Positions 19,401 through 29,850 of a stretch of 64,000 nt of DNA are shown piece after piece. The stretch is taken from IMG/VR virus record IMGVR_UViG_3300043424_000354, positions 32,001 to 96,000 of that record. One strand, written 5' to 3'. The stretch's first letter is position 1. Each line of letters opens with the position of its first letter. Under the pieces are notes generated by a model, which did no database searches, was not told the DNA's origin, and worked only from the letters and a program-made list of their open reading frames with translations. Both the position numbers and the translations under genes were made by a program. Source of the DNA: a virus.

Positions 19401-22400
19401 ATAGACATTGGTTGAACTATCCGAATCGTAACCAATATCAATATTTTCTAGATAGAAGAATGGACGCATCTCTTTCTTTGCAGCATCAATTGAGATATGA
19501 TAAGCAGAATCAAAGACGTTACCAACGTTGTGACCTGTGAAGGCATCAACGAGAATACCATTCTTGAAGCGATCGAGACCAGAACTGTCAGGGATAGAAA
19601 GATCGCTTGCTGCCTTTTCAAGCAGGGATAGCGAAGTATAATACTCAAGGCGATTGATACGTTGTTCCAGAACGCCGATATCGCGCATTGTGTAACGGCG
19701 ATTGTCGATAGCGCGGAATGTTACGCCGTAATCTGGACGATTAACGGTCTTGGCAACATTCGGTGCAAGCGATGGATATGGAGGAATATTAATGATTGCC
19801 AGCGACATCGCATTTTCTGGTTCTGCTGGTGTCAATGGTGTCAGGGAAGGAGTCCCGTAGATAGAACTGAAGATACCTTCAGAGTCAATTATAAGTCTGT
19901 CGGTTCTTCCAAGATAATATTCCAGATCAGTAATAAACTGTTCAGTTGGAACGGGATTCGTAATACCGACGGATGGTGCTGTGATAGTTGTGCTCTCGGT
20001 TGGATTTGTTGTAGCACTACCAACAGTCGTAGAGTTTGCAGCGGAATCCGAGTAACGAACACGGAAGTCTAGAGTGTCGCGAAGATCAAACGACTCACCA
20101 GTGATAGGTGAAGTATAAACAGGAATATCCTGAGTTTTAATTGTTGCAGCAGTAGCACCAGTATCATCAATTGGATACGAGTCAACTGTAAAGAATGTTC
20201 CATCCGCAGAGGAACCATCGTGCGTGAAGTAGTCTAACTTGATTACAAGTTTCTTGTTTGTAAGAGAAGGACCAGACGCTTTCTTGACGATCTTGGCATT
20301 ACGATATTCGTTATCTCGTTGACCCTTATCAAGAGTAAACGAAGAGGCAACATCATTTGCTGCAGCAACTACTGCCGAATCGGAATCAGTATGCGCGCCA
20401 ATGAAGATATTCTTAATTTGATAAACGTCAGAAAGACCAAGCGAATATGTTCCACCACTTGTTGATGGGTGAGTGTTGGTATTAATGATCACATAACGAT
20501 CTTCACGAAGAACCTTTAGAACAGGTTGAGCATTCGCTGATTGGACGTTCACATATAGTTTAACTTGCTTTGGAGCAGAAGTTACGCCACCAGTAAGATC
20601 AATTGTGATTGACTGTGATGAGTTCTTTGTGAATGTAGCGCCAGTAAGATCAAGCACTGAACCAATCGGTCTCGAAACTGAGTTGATTGTCGCCGCTTCT
20701 TTCATCATCATGGTAAAATTATTTTTGATGATTGTTGCAGTAAACGAATCATAAGGGAATGTTTCGTCGCCGCTCAGAGTAATGGTCACTTGACCGTTTG
20801 CGTTAAGTTCCCCATCGAATTCTTTGGTGTAAATAAACGAGTTATCGTAAACAGAACTCGGAGCAATAGTCTTTGTTGCTCTTGCTGGAAGTCTATATAG
20901 AGATCTGTTGAAACTTGTTTCTTGGAGAACAGCATTACCGCCTGTCAAAACTACGTCAGCATGACCATCAGCAGTTGCATCGTTGTAGTAAATACCACGA
21001 ACGTCTTTGAAATCGCCGCTTGACATTTGAATGTCATAGAGATATAATCTATATTCTGCCGCAGCAGCACCCGCAGTCCCAGACTCATAAACAATTTGTC
21101 TTACGCGAGCAGTACCGACTTCGGATCCTGGAGCAGATGTTGCAGAGAACGTTGTTGCAGTTATTGCTCCTGCTGCTGTTCCACGGAGACTTACACGATC
21201 GCCACCATTAAGGTCCCAGAGACCACAGAATTCGTCAACTAGAATATAGTTACCATACGCAGTGCTGATCGAGGATTCCTGAACGGAAACTGTTGTCAGA
21301 CCCTTTGGAACTACAACATATTCTGTTTGGAAAGTTTCATGTTCGAACCCGCGAACATATGCCTTACCTGCCTCGAGACCAATAGCAAGAAGATCTGCGT
21401 CGCCGCCACGTTCTGGGTCGGTAGAATTTAATTCTTTAAGACCGTTGTTTCCGTCTACGTTCAAGTGCTCTTTGATCAGAACAGGGAATTGTCTGACTGC
21501 ATAGTTGCCGGATTCATCATATGTGCGCCTTGCCATGTTCTTGCCAAGTTCGCCGTAGATGTTTGCGGTATATGTTCTTTGAATTTCACCGTTAACAATA
21601 TCAACAAGTTGGTTGAATGTTGCTGGTAGAGTTTCCCCTGTGTCATACTTGACAAGAGTTGTTGTTACTTTGTATCTGTCTGCGCCAGGAGCAGCATAGT
21701 TAAACGATCCCTGTGCTGGATCAAGTAATGTCTGGTCGTCTTCAGAAGAAACAGTAGTTTCTGATAGTTGAAATCCAACCTTTACAGAAGGAAGGTTTGA
21801 ATACTTGGAGAGAATGATTGTTTGCGCTTCGTGGTTTACGAACTTACCATCAATGTAAACAATACCGTCGTCGACAGTAAGAGCAGAAGCAAGACCCCAG
21901 TAACTGTTTGTTGGTTCTGCCTGATCATACGCAGAATCTACTACGAAAGTGTCACCATTTCGTCCGGAGACTGTAGAAGTAACGGTGAGTGTTTCGCCAC
22001 CAGTAAAGTGGACCGCAGTAGTTTCACCATCCCCGCTGGTGTAGCGAAGATAAAGAGTCTTCATATCTGGCGATTCTGCAGCAGTTCCTGTAGCAGTATC
22101 TAAAATGACAGCAGTGATACCAGAAGTGCCACCAGTTACAGTGTCACCAACATAGTCTGCAAGAGTAGTATTACTTACTGCTGCAGATCCTGCATCAGTA
22201 TCAAGGATTTTAACAAACGCTCTGGCAGAGTCGAGTTTAAACTCACAACCCTGTACTACAGAACCGTTCTTGAAGATATGGTCGCCGAATTTACCGATCT
22301 GAGATTGCAACAGAGTCTGCAGTTGCGTAAGTTCGCGTGCCTGAACAGCATATCCAGGTTTAAACAGGACTCGGTTGAAATTCTTTGCATCATCAAAATC

Positions 22401-22436
22401 ATCATAATATGGTGATACATTTAAATTCAGTGCCAT
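16434..22436 (-). CDS. Large virion structural protein (VrlC/DUF4815-like)
   Basis: NLNVSPYYDDFD, VLFKPGYAVQARELTQLQ, NYAAPGADR, RRYTMRDIG, RLEYYTSLSLLE, DRFKNGILVD, DPIAQTF. Confidence 0.9.
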   Translation of the reverse strand: MALNLNVSPYYDDFDDAKNFNRVLFKPGYAVQARELTQLQTLLQSQIGKFGDHIFKNGSVVQGCEFKLDSARAFVKILDTDAGSAAVSNTTLADYVGDTVTGGTSGITAVILDTATGTAAESPDMKTLYLRYTSGDGETTAVHFTGGETLTVTSTVSGRNGDTFVVDSAYDQAEPTNSYWGLASALTVDDGIVYIDGKFVNHEAQTIILSKYSNLPSVKVGFQLSETTVSSEDDQTLLDPAQGSFNYAAPGADRYKVTTTLVKYDTGETLPATFNQLVDIVNGEIQRTYTANIYGELGKNMARRTYDESGNYAVRQFPVLIKEHLNVDGNNGLKELNSTDPERGGDADLLAIGLEAGKAYVRGFEHETFQTEYVVVPKGLTTVSVQESSISTAYGNYILVDEFCGLWDLNGGDRVSLRGTAAGAITATTFSATSAPGSEVGTARVRQIVYESGTAGAAAAEYRLYLYDIQMSSGDFKDVRGIYYNDATADGHADVVLTGGNAVLQETSFNRSLYRLPARATKTIAPSSVYDNSFIYTKEFDGELNANGQVTITLSGDETFPYDSFTATIIKNNFTMMMKEAATINSVSRPIGSVLDLTGATFTKNSSQSITIDLTGGVTSAPKQVKLYVNVQSANAQPVLKVLREDRYVIINTNTHPSTSGGTYSLGLSDVYQIKNIFIGAHTDSDSAVVAAANDVASSFTLDKGQRDNEYRNAKIVKKASGPSLTNKKLVIKLDYFTHDGSSADGTFFTVDSYPIDDTGATAATIKTQDIPVYTSPITGESFDLRDTLDFRVRYSDSAANSTTVGSATTNPTESTTITAPSVGITNPVPTEQFITDLEYYLGRTDRLIIDSEGIFSSIYGTPSLTPLTPAEPENAMSLAIINIPPYPSLAPNVAKTVNRPDYGVTFRAIDNRRYTMRDIGVLEQRINRLEYYTSLSLLEKAASDLSIPDSSGLDRFKNGILVDAFTGHNVGNVFDSAYHISIDAAKKEMRPFFYLENIDIGYDSDSSTNVYKTGDLITLPYTNVEMTKNAFASKPRNCVGELLFNYIGNMELDPPVDNWTDTAQLPDVSVNFDGNYDAWENLSDAWGTQWGDWQDVVTGRTAVGQSSETVAGNTTLSGDLLLQQQTQVVTTTIQQRQTRQGVSLSVTPETQTQRTGARVTNTSIIPFMRSVIVTFIAQRLKPNTRVYPFFDGVAVAEHCRPLDFDPATDQKPNDPARYSTYADGDYGDPLITNAQGVCVGQFRIPAATFRTGDKNFRLCDDQFNRDAFITTASTKTWSANGLSQNVQDTVVSTRVANVELSSTSDSRSIFETERTENRIADRQVGVIERTVNNTFTTVNNVTNIDNTVTNTTVINNTNVTQIVQDPPVITEDPVVDPPREVVVVDTPTPDPCAPVETCWEATTIDLELGGFDVTFGGSSSPITIPAGCNTINPCAQPARGRDPIAQTFYVEGMPFGCYVTNLDIYFRTKSSTAPITLQIREVVNGYPGNKVIPFGEVTLNPSAVSVSETAATATTFTFPSPVYLQNNTEYCFVLLPAGNNPDYNIWVSELGENQLGTQNRISEQPHVGVLFTSANNRSWTAWQKEDIKFTLRRADFEINTVGSVVMRNMNVDYLKFDSFSDGNFAAGDTVHGFTFTISNPGSGYTDGTIAHTLSGGGATTNATVNVTIASGLVTDVVVTDPGAGYTSNPTLTISSGGGSSAVVTVVLNTGFVKQYDTLYNVGKLLITKGSFTATDIVGNGTTYAEITEVENKQLNVLETNIGFIDHTPATVSWSVAPTATGAGAGGTVHEGFNFGQEHELTYEAQVYSYSNEQADLGGDKSLTVRAGMVTQTSTVSPVIDTRKCSIIAVANDVNNLTTNEDGNNGSAASKYISRRVVLDDGQDAEDLKVYLSNKIPSECDVAVYGKFQNATDASNFDDLDWIQLELTNSPLDSASKSGFVEYEYTIPAANKNGSDVFEYAVGSANFTGYKTFAVKVVPLSSNSSVVPRVRELRAIALQV

Positions 22437-22450
22437 ATTTTATTTCTCTC

Positions 22451-24064
22451 TTAAAATTTTAGAATTGCTCTAATTTTCTCTACTTGATCCTGCTGACGAA
22501 CGATAAATTCTCTGTTATCAAGATAGATAATCTCGCCTGTCTTACCATCAACCTCAGGTTCATCAACACTATTTATTGTCAATCCAGTCAATGATTGCGT
22601 AACATTAGTCAATTCGCTTGAAGATGTTATGATTGGAATAATTGGAAGAAGGTAAATACTTTCCACAGTTCCATCTTCATCTAAATCAACTTTCTGAACA
22701 ACAAGAAATCTACCGCCACTATCGGTAGTAATTACGTCGTCCAACTCATAACTCTCAGGATCGTCCACATCGATTACATAACAACAAGTTCCGGTTGAAT
22801 CTTGGAAATTGAGATTACTGTCAAAAATCAAAGGATTTTTAACAACGCCGATTTGCCTAAAATCATTATTTAAAAATAGATCGGCAGAATCGTTTGTTAG
22901 GTTTACAGAGAATCCAAGATTTGTGGCAAATAGTTCTTTTTGTGCGTTCGCGCCATGCCCTGCTTTCGGAGACAACACTGCAAGTAATGAAGCGCCAGTT
23001 CCTTCTACGCCGTCAACAGTAACTTCGGCAAAGGTATAACCTGAACCTTGGTTTGTGATTGTTACTGATAGAATCGCACCGTCATCTGGGTCAATGTCAA
23101 GAATTGCTTCTGCGCCTGAACCATCACCAACGATAGAAACTGATGCATCACCATCAATATAATCGATACCAGAATTGACAATTTCTATGCGGTCAACAGT
23201 TCCTGGAGTTGCTGCATTTTCCACATCTTCTTGCACTGCGCTGGAATCTGGCGCACCAAGATTTACATATGCCTCTGCACCAGAACCGCTTGCGCTGGAG
23301 AACGTGATATATGCAAAACTATATCCTTCCCCAGCAGTTGTTACTGTAACACCAGTAACTTCTCCACCAGAAATAGTAGCGGTAGCAACTGCCCCAGCAC
23401 CATCACCATTAATGATTACTGTTGGTGCTGTTAGATAACCAGATCCGCCTTGTGTGACAATAATGTCGTCGATCTGACCGTTTACATCAAATTCAGGATC
23501 GCCGGAACCTGCGATCTTTCTGACTGGGATATAATCCGTTGTTAGGAACTTGGTTTTATCGGATGCTTCAACCTTGAACATAAACTTCCAGATATATCCA
23601 TCAGCAGTTTCAATTGCTGATGTAGAAGTTCCAGAAGGTTTAGTTGTGCTTTCTGCATCATTGTTGTTAGAGATGCATTTATACACATGATCATCGTCAG
23701 TAAATACGTAGAACAGCGAGTCTTTCAAAGACTGGGCACCACTATATGCAGTATACTGATTTCCATCGGCGTCTAATTCGCCATACTTATCATCGTATTG
23801 ATCATAAACTGTTCCTGACGCCCAATTGATTCTTGGGATCATCAAAACAGCATCACTTGACTGAATTCTTTTTACGAACAGCATGTTTCTGTGGGATGTG
23901 CTGTCATAACGCACGGAATCTACTGGTGTTTCAGGAGATTCCTCGTCATCCCACTCGGTTGTTCTGCCCACGCAGAAATAGAAGAAGTCGTTCTCGTTGT
24001 AAATATCACGATAGAGACTTCTTGCTATTTCTGTGCGACCTGCTGATCGAAGAAGAAGTGCCAT
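22451..24064 (-). CDS. gp8: Baseplate wedge subunit
   Basis: IPRINWASGTVYDQY, VYKCISNN, DGYIWKFMF, GHGANA, FRQIGVVKNP, GEIIYLDNR. Confidence 0.9.
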   Translation of the reverse strand: MALLLRSAGRTEIARSLYRDIYNENDFFYFCVGRTTEWDDEESPETPVDSVRYDSTSHRNMLFVKRIQSSDAVLMIPRINWASGTVYDQYDDKYGELDADGNQYTAYSGAQSLKDSLFYVFTDDDHVYKCISNNNDAESTTKPSGTSTSAIETADGYIWKFMFKVEASDKTKFLTTDYIPVRKIAGSGDPEFDVNGQIDDIIVTQGGSGYLTAPTVIINGDGAGAVATATISGGEVTGVTVTTAGEGYSFAYITFSSASGSGAEAYVNLGAPDSSAVQEDVENAATPGTVDRIEIVNSGIDYIDGDASVSIVGDGSGAEAILDIDPDDGAILSVTITNQGSGYTFAEVTVDGVEGTGASLLAVLSPKAGHGANAQKELFATNLGFSVNLTNDSADLFLNNDFRQIGVVKNPLIFDSNLNFQDSTGTCCYVIDVDDPESYELDDVITTDSGGRFLVVQKVDLDEDGTVESIYLLPIIPIITSSSELTNVTQSLTGLTINSVDEPEVDGKTGEIIYLDNREFIVRQQDQVEKIRAILKF

Positions 24065-24070
24065 GTTATA

Positions 24071-24532
24071 TTACGAGATCGTTACCGTCCAAGTGATTGT
24101 CATGCTGTCTGACGCACCCTTGTTAATGACAGCAAATTCAGTGCGGCAAAGCATTGTGCCAGAAGACGAGGCATTGAAGATACCTGCTTCAGTAACAGCA
24201 CCAGTGCCTGTTCCTGCGCCAAAAGTAGCAACATATTCAATAGCATTGTCTGTTACAGTTGTTGATGTCAGGGAAACACGAGCAAGTTGGTGTTGAAGAG
24301 CAGTATCAGATGCCGCTGGGTTTGCTGCGCCACCTGCTTGGTCGCCATCACCGACTGCCATGTGTGACATAGCAGTTTCGGTTGTATCCTTCATGCGCGA
24401 AGCAATATAAGCAAGACCTGTGTCAACAACCAAGTTAGGAACAGTTACTTCTTGAGTAACATTTCCTGCTTCGTCGCGAAGGACGATATTTAGAACGCCC
24501 TTAGTTCCCTTTACGTTTTCGATTAGTTTCAT
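24071..24532 (-). CDS. Virion structural protein (tail-collar-like)
   Basis: NLVVDTGLAYIASRM, HMAVGDG, GAVTEAGIFN, INKGASD. Confidence 0.7.
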   Translation of the reverse strand: MKLIENVKGTKGVLNIVLRDEAGNVTQEVTVPNLVVDTGLAYIASRMKDTTETAMSHMAVGDGDQAGGAANPAASDTALQHQLARVSLTSTTVTDNAIEYVATFGAGTGTGAVTEAGIFNASSSGTMLCRTEFAVINKGASDSMTITWTVTIS

Positions 24533-24548
24533 TTGATTTACCTTCTTC

Positions 24549-27539
24549 TTAGTTAAAATAAGTTACTTGACCAACATAATCCGAACCAAAATCACCATCA
24601 ACATAGTTTTGAGTATTTACAATACCATCTTCAGTGACTGTTACTGTTTCGAATAGACCTTTAAGTGTATTTATAAGCGATTGTTCAGTCGTAGCGATAG
24701 AATCTATCGTTGCTGCATCATTTGCTATGATCAGTAGTTCCGTTGCCCCTGCATTGTCTGTCTTGACAAGATATGGAATAATCCCAGTTGTATCTGTTGA
24801 AGTAACAGAATCAGTCAAATATTTATACAGGTGACTTGTCGCAGAATCTGCTGCATTCAATTCATCTACATTACCTGCTTCTTCGCCTCCAGGTTTTACC
24901 AATCCAACGGATGTATATTCGTGTGTTATTACGGACTCTGCAAACGTTCTATAATATTCAACTGATCTACCAAAACTTTCGGTCGCAGTAGCAGTATCCG
25001 TTACGCCATTTTTAGCGAATGTCACTGCATTCGTTTCACTTGTATTTGCTACTTCCGCCAGAACTTTAGTGAAGTCATAATTTGCGATATCGGCAGAAAC
25101 ATAATTTTCATCGAAGAAATCATCAGCATATGGGGATTGTAGATAGATTGTTTCTTCTAGAACCTTACCAAAATCAGTAATTGCATTTTCAGCAGTGATT
25201 GTATTTTCGCTGACTTCTCTTACATATTGAACGACTCTCTCAAACACATCAGTTGATATTGTAGTATCATCTTCGTTTTCGTAGATACCAATATCAAAGT
25301 CAAAGGCAGTAGTTTCGCTTGTTGTTACTGAATCCGCCAGAACTTTGTAAACATGACTTCCATGCGCTTCGGAAGCAGTTGCAGTATCCGAAAGAACCTT
25401 GATGAAATCAACAGCATAGTAGAAAGTATCAGCAGAGAGTTCTTCGAGAACAAACTCATAGATATGCAGACGTTCGATTGGTGTTGTAATGTAATCGCTA
25501 ATCTCAACAACTTGCTCAATGACAAGTTCGCCGAAGATCGCAGTACCTGCAGGGTGCGTAGTGTTCTTTACAATGTCAATCCATTTATTGGACGGAACGT
25601 TTGAGCGAACAACATACGAGTAATTTTGATAGTAATAGTTGTCTTGTAGTTTGTTGACGTTTGACAACATACCACGAGAATCTTTAAATCTGCCAGTCTT
25701 GACGTTAATCGCGCCTGTTGTGAATGATATTGTTGCAGTACAACCTAATGTGGATGTGATAGTTGCAGTAAACGATTCGCGTTCGAAATCAAAACCCGTA
25801 TCAAAAATACTAACTGCCGTAGGGCAACCATCCTCGTCTACAGCATCAATTCTAATTGACGCCCTGTTGTCTCTACCAACCAGCGTATATGGGTTTAATC
25901 CTATGTCGCTTTCGTTGTATTTGTTTAAGAAATACCCGAGTAGATTATTATCATATTGAATGGTGTATGAACCGACAGAACCTGTTTCGTCGATCGAGAA
26001 AATATCACCAACATTAAATCCGCATGGTGGTGTTCCATCACAACTTACTACTTCTGCAGTTGAAAGTTGACGAACAACATATCCGTATGTCGTAGTTGTT
26101 CCAGCGTCAGTATCTAAAATTTCAACTGTTGTTCTGACGGCATCAGTTGAGAAAGATACAGCAGGAGCAGAAGTATATCCGGAACCGCCATCTACAATAA
26201 CTACGTGCGAAAGAGTTCCGTCATCAGAAAGGACTGCTCTTGCGGTGGCACCAGTTCCATCAACAGAAGTAAACTCAACAGTAGGAGCAGCATAATAACC
26301 GTTACCTGCATCGGTGAGTGGTTCATACAGACGCTGCGTTCCAGAACCTACGATAGTTAGATCGACTGCAGTTCCTGCTGACGCATTTGTTGCACTGGTT
26401 GCTAATTTTATTGTATTTGAATTTACTACAATCGCGTAATAGACATTATAGTTTGTCAGACCAGTAACAATAGTTCCGCCGTTTTTGTCATAAATGACAA
26501 CGTCACCAGTCGTATAACCATGAGATGAAATGGTTATTGTATTGTTTGTCAGGTTTACTGCAGAAGAACCATTGAATGTTTTATAGTTGTCGCCGACTAT
26601 CGCCACAACTTCCTCGGACGCAGATACTAAAGCATTACCCACTGCACCAGCGCCTGGAACTAGGATTTCTGCAGTCTTTGATAGACTTGTTACCAATTCA
26701 TAAACTGCGGGGAAGATATATGCAAACTTGGTAACATTGGTAACATTGGTTTCTACAATTCTTTGATATAGAACCGAACCAACGTTTTCAAAATATTTTA
26801 TTCTTACAGTTTTACCTTTTAGGTCAAACGGATTAGCAGTAATTCCGCTATCGACTGCAAGTTTTAATGTAACATCTTCAATCCAGATACCATCAGAAGC
26901 GCGAAGGATTTGTTCCGACGGATAGAAAATTTCAGTACTCTCATTGTAAAGAATTCTGAACAGTAATTCTATTGCCTTCTCGGATCCCTTCGCCTCATAA
27001 AATTGCTTGATGAATTTGATCAGACGACGATCGTCGAGTTGTGCTGTTAACGGGAAATTCTGCGCATATTGATTCTTAAACTTGGGAACAAATGTATCCA
27101 AAGTTCTATTGATATCAAAATTCTTCTCATAGTTTAAGAGGAAATTATTTACTTCATTTTCCTGATCAAGGAACTCGTAGTATTTTTCCAAGAACGTAAC
27201 AAAAACTGGATATTCATTACGAACGAAATCAGGAAGTTGGTTTGCAATAAGATGACTTAGTGATTGTTTGAAACCATTATACTCGTCATCAACATATACC
27301 ATATTTGCAGTTGCTGCTGCGCCAGTTCCGCTTCCGCCACTAAAGGTGATTGTTGGTGGTGTAAGATAATCAAAACCAGAAAACGTCACAGTAATCGCAG
27401 TAACTTTACCACCGGAAACTGTTGCAGTAGCAGTTGCATTACCACCAACAGTAACCGTAGGCGCAGAAATATATCCTGAACCACCATCAGTTACTGTTAT
27501 ACTTGCAACCTTTTTATAATATGATGTGGTTTGTGTCAT
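24549..27539 (-). CDS. gp7: Baseplate wedge initiator (gp7-like)
   Basis: [63 protein letters not shown]; lies between gp6 and gp8. Confidence 0.82.
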   Translation of the reverse strand: MTQTTSYYKKVASITVTDGGSGYISAPTVTVGGNATATATVSGGKVTAITVTFSGFDYLTPPTITFSGGSGTGAAATANMVYVDDEYNGFKQSLSHLIANQLPDFVRNEYPVFVTFLEKYYEFLDQENEVNNFLLNYEKNFDINRTLDTFVPKFKNQYAQNFPLTAQLDDRRLIKFIKQFYEAKGSEKAIELLFRILYNESTEIFYPSEQILRASDGIWIEDVTLKLAVDSGITANPFDLKGKTVRIKYFENVGSVLYQRIVETNVTNVTKFAYIFPAVYELVTSLSKTAEILVPGAGAVGNALVSASEEVVAIVGDNYKTFNGSSAVNLTNNTITISSHGYTTGDVVIYDKNGGTIVTGLTNYNVYYAIVVNSNTIKLATSATNASAGTAVDLTIVGSGTQRLYEPLTDAGNGYYAAPTVEFTSVDGTGATARAVLSDDGTLSHVVIVDGGSGYTSAPAVSFSTDAVRTTVEILDTDAGTTTTYGYVVRQLSTAEVVSCDGTPPCGFNVGDIFSIDETGSVGSYTIQYDNNLLGYFLNKYNESDIGLNPYTLVGRDNRASIRIDAVDEDGCPTAVSIFDTGFDFERESFTATITSTLGCTATISFTTGAINVKTGRFKDSRGMLSNVNKLQDNYYYQNYSYVVRSNVPSNKWIDIVKNTTHPAGTAIFGELVIEQVVEISDYITTPIERLHIYEFVLEELSADTFYYAVDFIKVLSDTATASEAHGSHVYKVLADSVTTSETTAFDFDIGIYENEDDTTISTDVFERVVQYVREVSENTITAENAITDFGKVLEETIYLQSPYADDFFDENYVSADIANYDFTKVLAEVANTSETNAVTFAKNGVTDTATATESFGRSVEYYRTFAESVITHEYTSVGLVKPGGEEAGNVDELNAADSATSHLYKYLTDSVTSTDTTGIIPYLVKTDNAGATELLIIANDAATIDSIATTEQSLINTLKGLFETVTVTEDGIVNTQNYVDGDFGSDYVGQVTYFN

Positions 27540-27542
27540 CTC

Positions 27543-29435
27543 TTATTCTTGCGAGTTAGCAACCGCCGTAATGGTCAGTCCTGCTGTTACATTTGATACT
27601 GAATTTGCTGCGCTTGTATCTAACGTCAAAACAGTATTTCTAGCAGCATATGGGAAGACTGCGGAGGTTGAAGATTCTGTGGTTGATGTTAGATCGCTGG
27701 TCAAAATATTTGGAGCATCCCCAAACGGTTTGACGTAAACTCGAAGTTCTGTTTCATCCCCGAGTAGAGAGTCAATAGTTATATTTGAAATTGATACTAC
27801 TCCAGTATCATAATTAACAGAACCAACGTTTGATGAAATAATGGTATCATCTGCTGATTTCTTTAACACAAGAGTTCCAATATCACCAACAGTAGACGGA
27901 TGCCCGTCAGTAATGTATACTTCATACTGCTGTCCAGAAATCGTCGTATTAAAAAGTGTAGTTCTAACTGATTCTGGTTGCAACTTACTGTTAAATCTTA
28001 CGTCGTATTGATCGGACACACCCAAGAAAATCGGAATTCTTTTGTGCATCTCAATTTGAACGCTGGCAGAGAAGATAGACTTCGTAGTGCCTACGATTGC
28101 AGAAAGCAGTTTAGAATAATAGAAGTTCTTCTGTAACTTGTTTAGATTATTTGTAAAGAAGTTTTGAACGACTGTTCTAATTTCCGTTTCAATTCTCGAG
28201 GAAGTGAATGTTGTTTGCGTTTTATTGAAGTTGGCAGTAACGCCCAGACTAATATAGGTTTCGATCGGATCAACAAACTCAGGTTGAATCGATACCATAC
28301 TTCTTGGGCGAATGATGTCTCTAGAAATAATATCTTTATCTGCCTGCGTAATAATAGATCCAGGTTGCGGTTGGATTGCAATGAACACCTTACCGTAAAT
28401 CGGAGGAACATTTTCTTCCCCACCCCAAACGGAGATAGAGTTGATATTACTAAATCTTGAGGTGATCAACGTCTCATAGTCTGTCACAGTAACTGCTCTG
28501 TTCTTAGTAGCATTGAACTTGGGAGCATTATATCTGATGCTGTCAATGCTTTCTTGTTCTGAACCGCCTGTTGCTGCTTCGTTCAGATAGATAATTTTAG
28601 ATTCACCAGAACCAGTGAAAGTGGTTGAGACTGCAAAATTTGGAATAGAATTTGCTGCAGCGCCGCTACTTACAATATAGTCAACAATTACAATATTTCC
28701 CGTTACCAACTTTTTGCCAAGGATGTCATCACCGAATCTAATTTCATAAAGACCAGATGGACCTTCTTCAACAAAGAATCCCTTTGTTGTAGGATCTACG
28801 CTCATAATGTCTTCGTAGTAATTCCATGTTGTAGTGGTAACAACAGTAGAAGATTCTTGGACTCTTACTCTAATTGTTGAAATATCAATATTCTTATTCG
28901 GCAAAACGAATGGACCAGATAGATTTGATAAATCAGCAACAAAAGTATTTGTTACGCGCTTACCTTCGATCAATTCTACGTCAAAACTAAAACCAGTATT
29001 ACTTGTTTCCAATGTAACAAGACCAGAATAATAGTCCTGCTTTGGATAAAAAGTATAAGTGTTCTTTACTGTTTTGGCAGTAAAAGGAGTATCTCGCGTC
29101 AATGTTAAACTTGTTCCAGTATAACCTGATGGTGGATCAATTTGTAGAGTAATGTTTGCTCGAGCAGATCTTCTTGATGCACCTGTGTAACCAAGAGTTT
29201 TAGCGATTGATGCGACCGAGTTTCTCTTTACCGCGCTATCAATAAACATTTCATTTGCTTGAAGATGTGCAAGAGTGGCATTATAGTGAGTGTTGTATGC
29301 CAGAATATCAAGCAACATAGAAAGAGCAGAACCGTCGAAGTTATAATCTTGAAATTCTTCCTGCGATTGCAAGAAAGTTTTTAGATTTTGTTTGATCGCA
29401 TCGAAATCTAGTTCCGCTACATTTAGTTGTGTCAT
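27543..29435 (-). CDS. gp6: Baseplate wedge subunit
   Basis: ELDFDAIKQNLK, LLDILAYNTHY, YEIRFGDD, NRAVTVTDY, VWGGEEN, YGKVFI. Confidence 0.95.
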   Translation of the reverse strand: MTQLNVAELDFDAIKQNLKTFLQSQEEFQDYNFDGSALSMLLDILAYNTHYNATLAHLQANEMFIDSAVKRNSVASIAKTLGYTGASRRSARANITLQIDPPSGYTGTSLTLTRDTPFTAKTVKNTYTFYPKQDYYSGLVTLETSNTGFSFDVELIEGKRVTNTFVADLSNLSGPFVLPNKNIDISTIRVRVQESSTVVTTTTWNYYEDIMSVDPTTKGFFVEEGPSGLYEIRFGDDILGKKLVTGNIVIVDYIVSSGAAANSIPNFAVSTTFTGSGESKIIYLNEAATGGSEQESIDSIRYNAPKFNATKNRAVTVTDYETLITSRFSNINSISVWGGEENVPPIYGKVFIAIQPQPGSIITQADKDIISRDIIRPRSMVSIQPEFVDPIETYISLGVTANFNKTQTTFTSSRIETEIRTVVQNFFTNNLNKLQKNFYYSKLLSAIVGTTKSIFSASVQIEMHKRIPIFLGVSDQYDVRFNSKLQPESVRTTLFNTTISGQQYEVYITDGHPSTVGDIGTLVLKKSADDTIISSNVGSVNYDTGVVSISNITIDSLLGDETELRVYVKPFGDAPNILTSDLTSTTESSTSAVFPYAARNTVLTLDTSAANSVSNVTAGLTITAVANSQE

Positions 29436-29436
29436 C

Positions 29437-29835
29437 TTATCTACTTCTTCTTAGAATTGTTGAAAATGTTACAGGATCATTAACACCTATCACATAAAAA
29501 TAAATTGTTACTTTAAATGCGTTGTCGTCAAATAGCGGAACTACATCAACTTGCTGCGATCTTACTCTTGGTTCATATTTGTTGATCAAAAGTTCTAGGC
29601 GCAATTTTAATGAGTTTGCTGTGATCATGTCAATATTTTCAAACATCATTCCATACACAGGAGAACCGAGTTTCGGTTGGAATGGGCGCTCATAATAATT
29701 AGTTAAAATTAAAGTCTTGAGTGCTTGCTTTACGGCATTAACATCATACTTCCTCGCGACGTCACCCGTAATTGGATGCGCCGCGAAGGACAGATCTAGA
29801 TCTGAGTATATTCTGTTTACTTGCTTCGTGCTCAT
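29437..29835 (-). CDS. gp25: Baseplate wedge / sheath initiator
   Basis: YSDLDLSF, AVKQALKTLILTNYYERPFQP, YEPRV. Confidence 0.93.
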   Translation of the reverse strand: MSTKQVNRIYSDLDLSFAAHPITGDVARKYDVNAVKQALKTLILTNYYERPFQPKLGSPVYGMMFENIDMITANSLKLRLELLINKYEPRVRSQQVDVVPLFDDNAFKVTIYFYVIGVNDPVTFSTILRRSR

Positions 29836-29840
29836 ATGCT

Positions 29841-29848
29841 TATTTATA
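29841..29848 (-). promoter_or_regulatory. T4-type late promoter TATAAATA upstream of gp25
   Basis: Exact motif 5 nt before the ATG, implying a near-leaderless transcript. Confidence 0.8.
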
Positions 29849-29850
29849 TG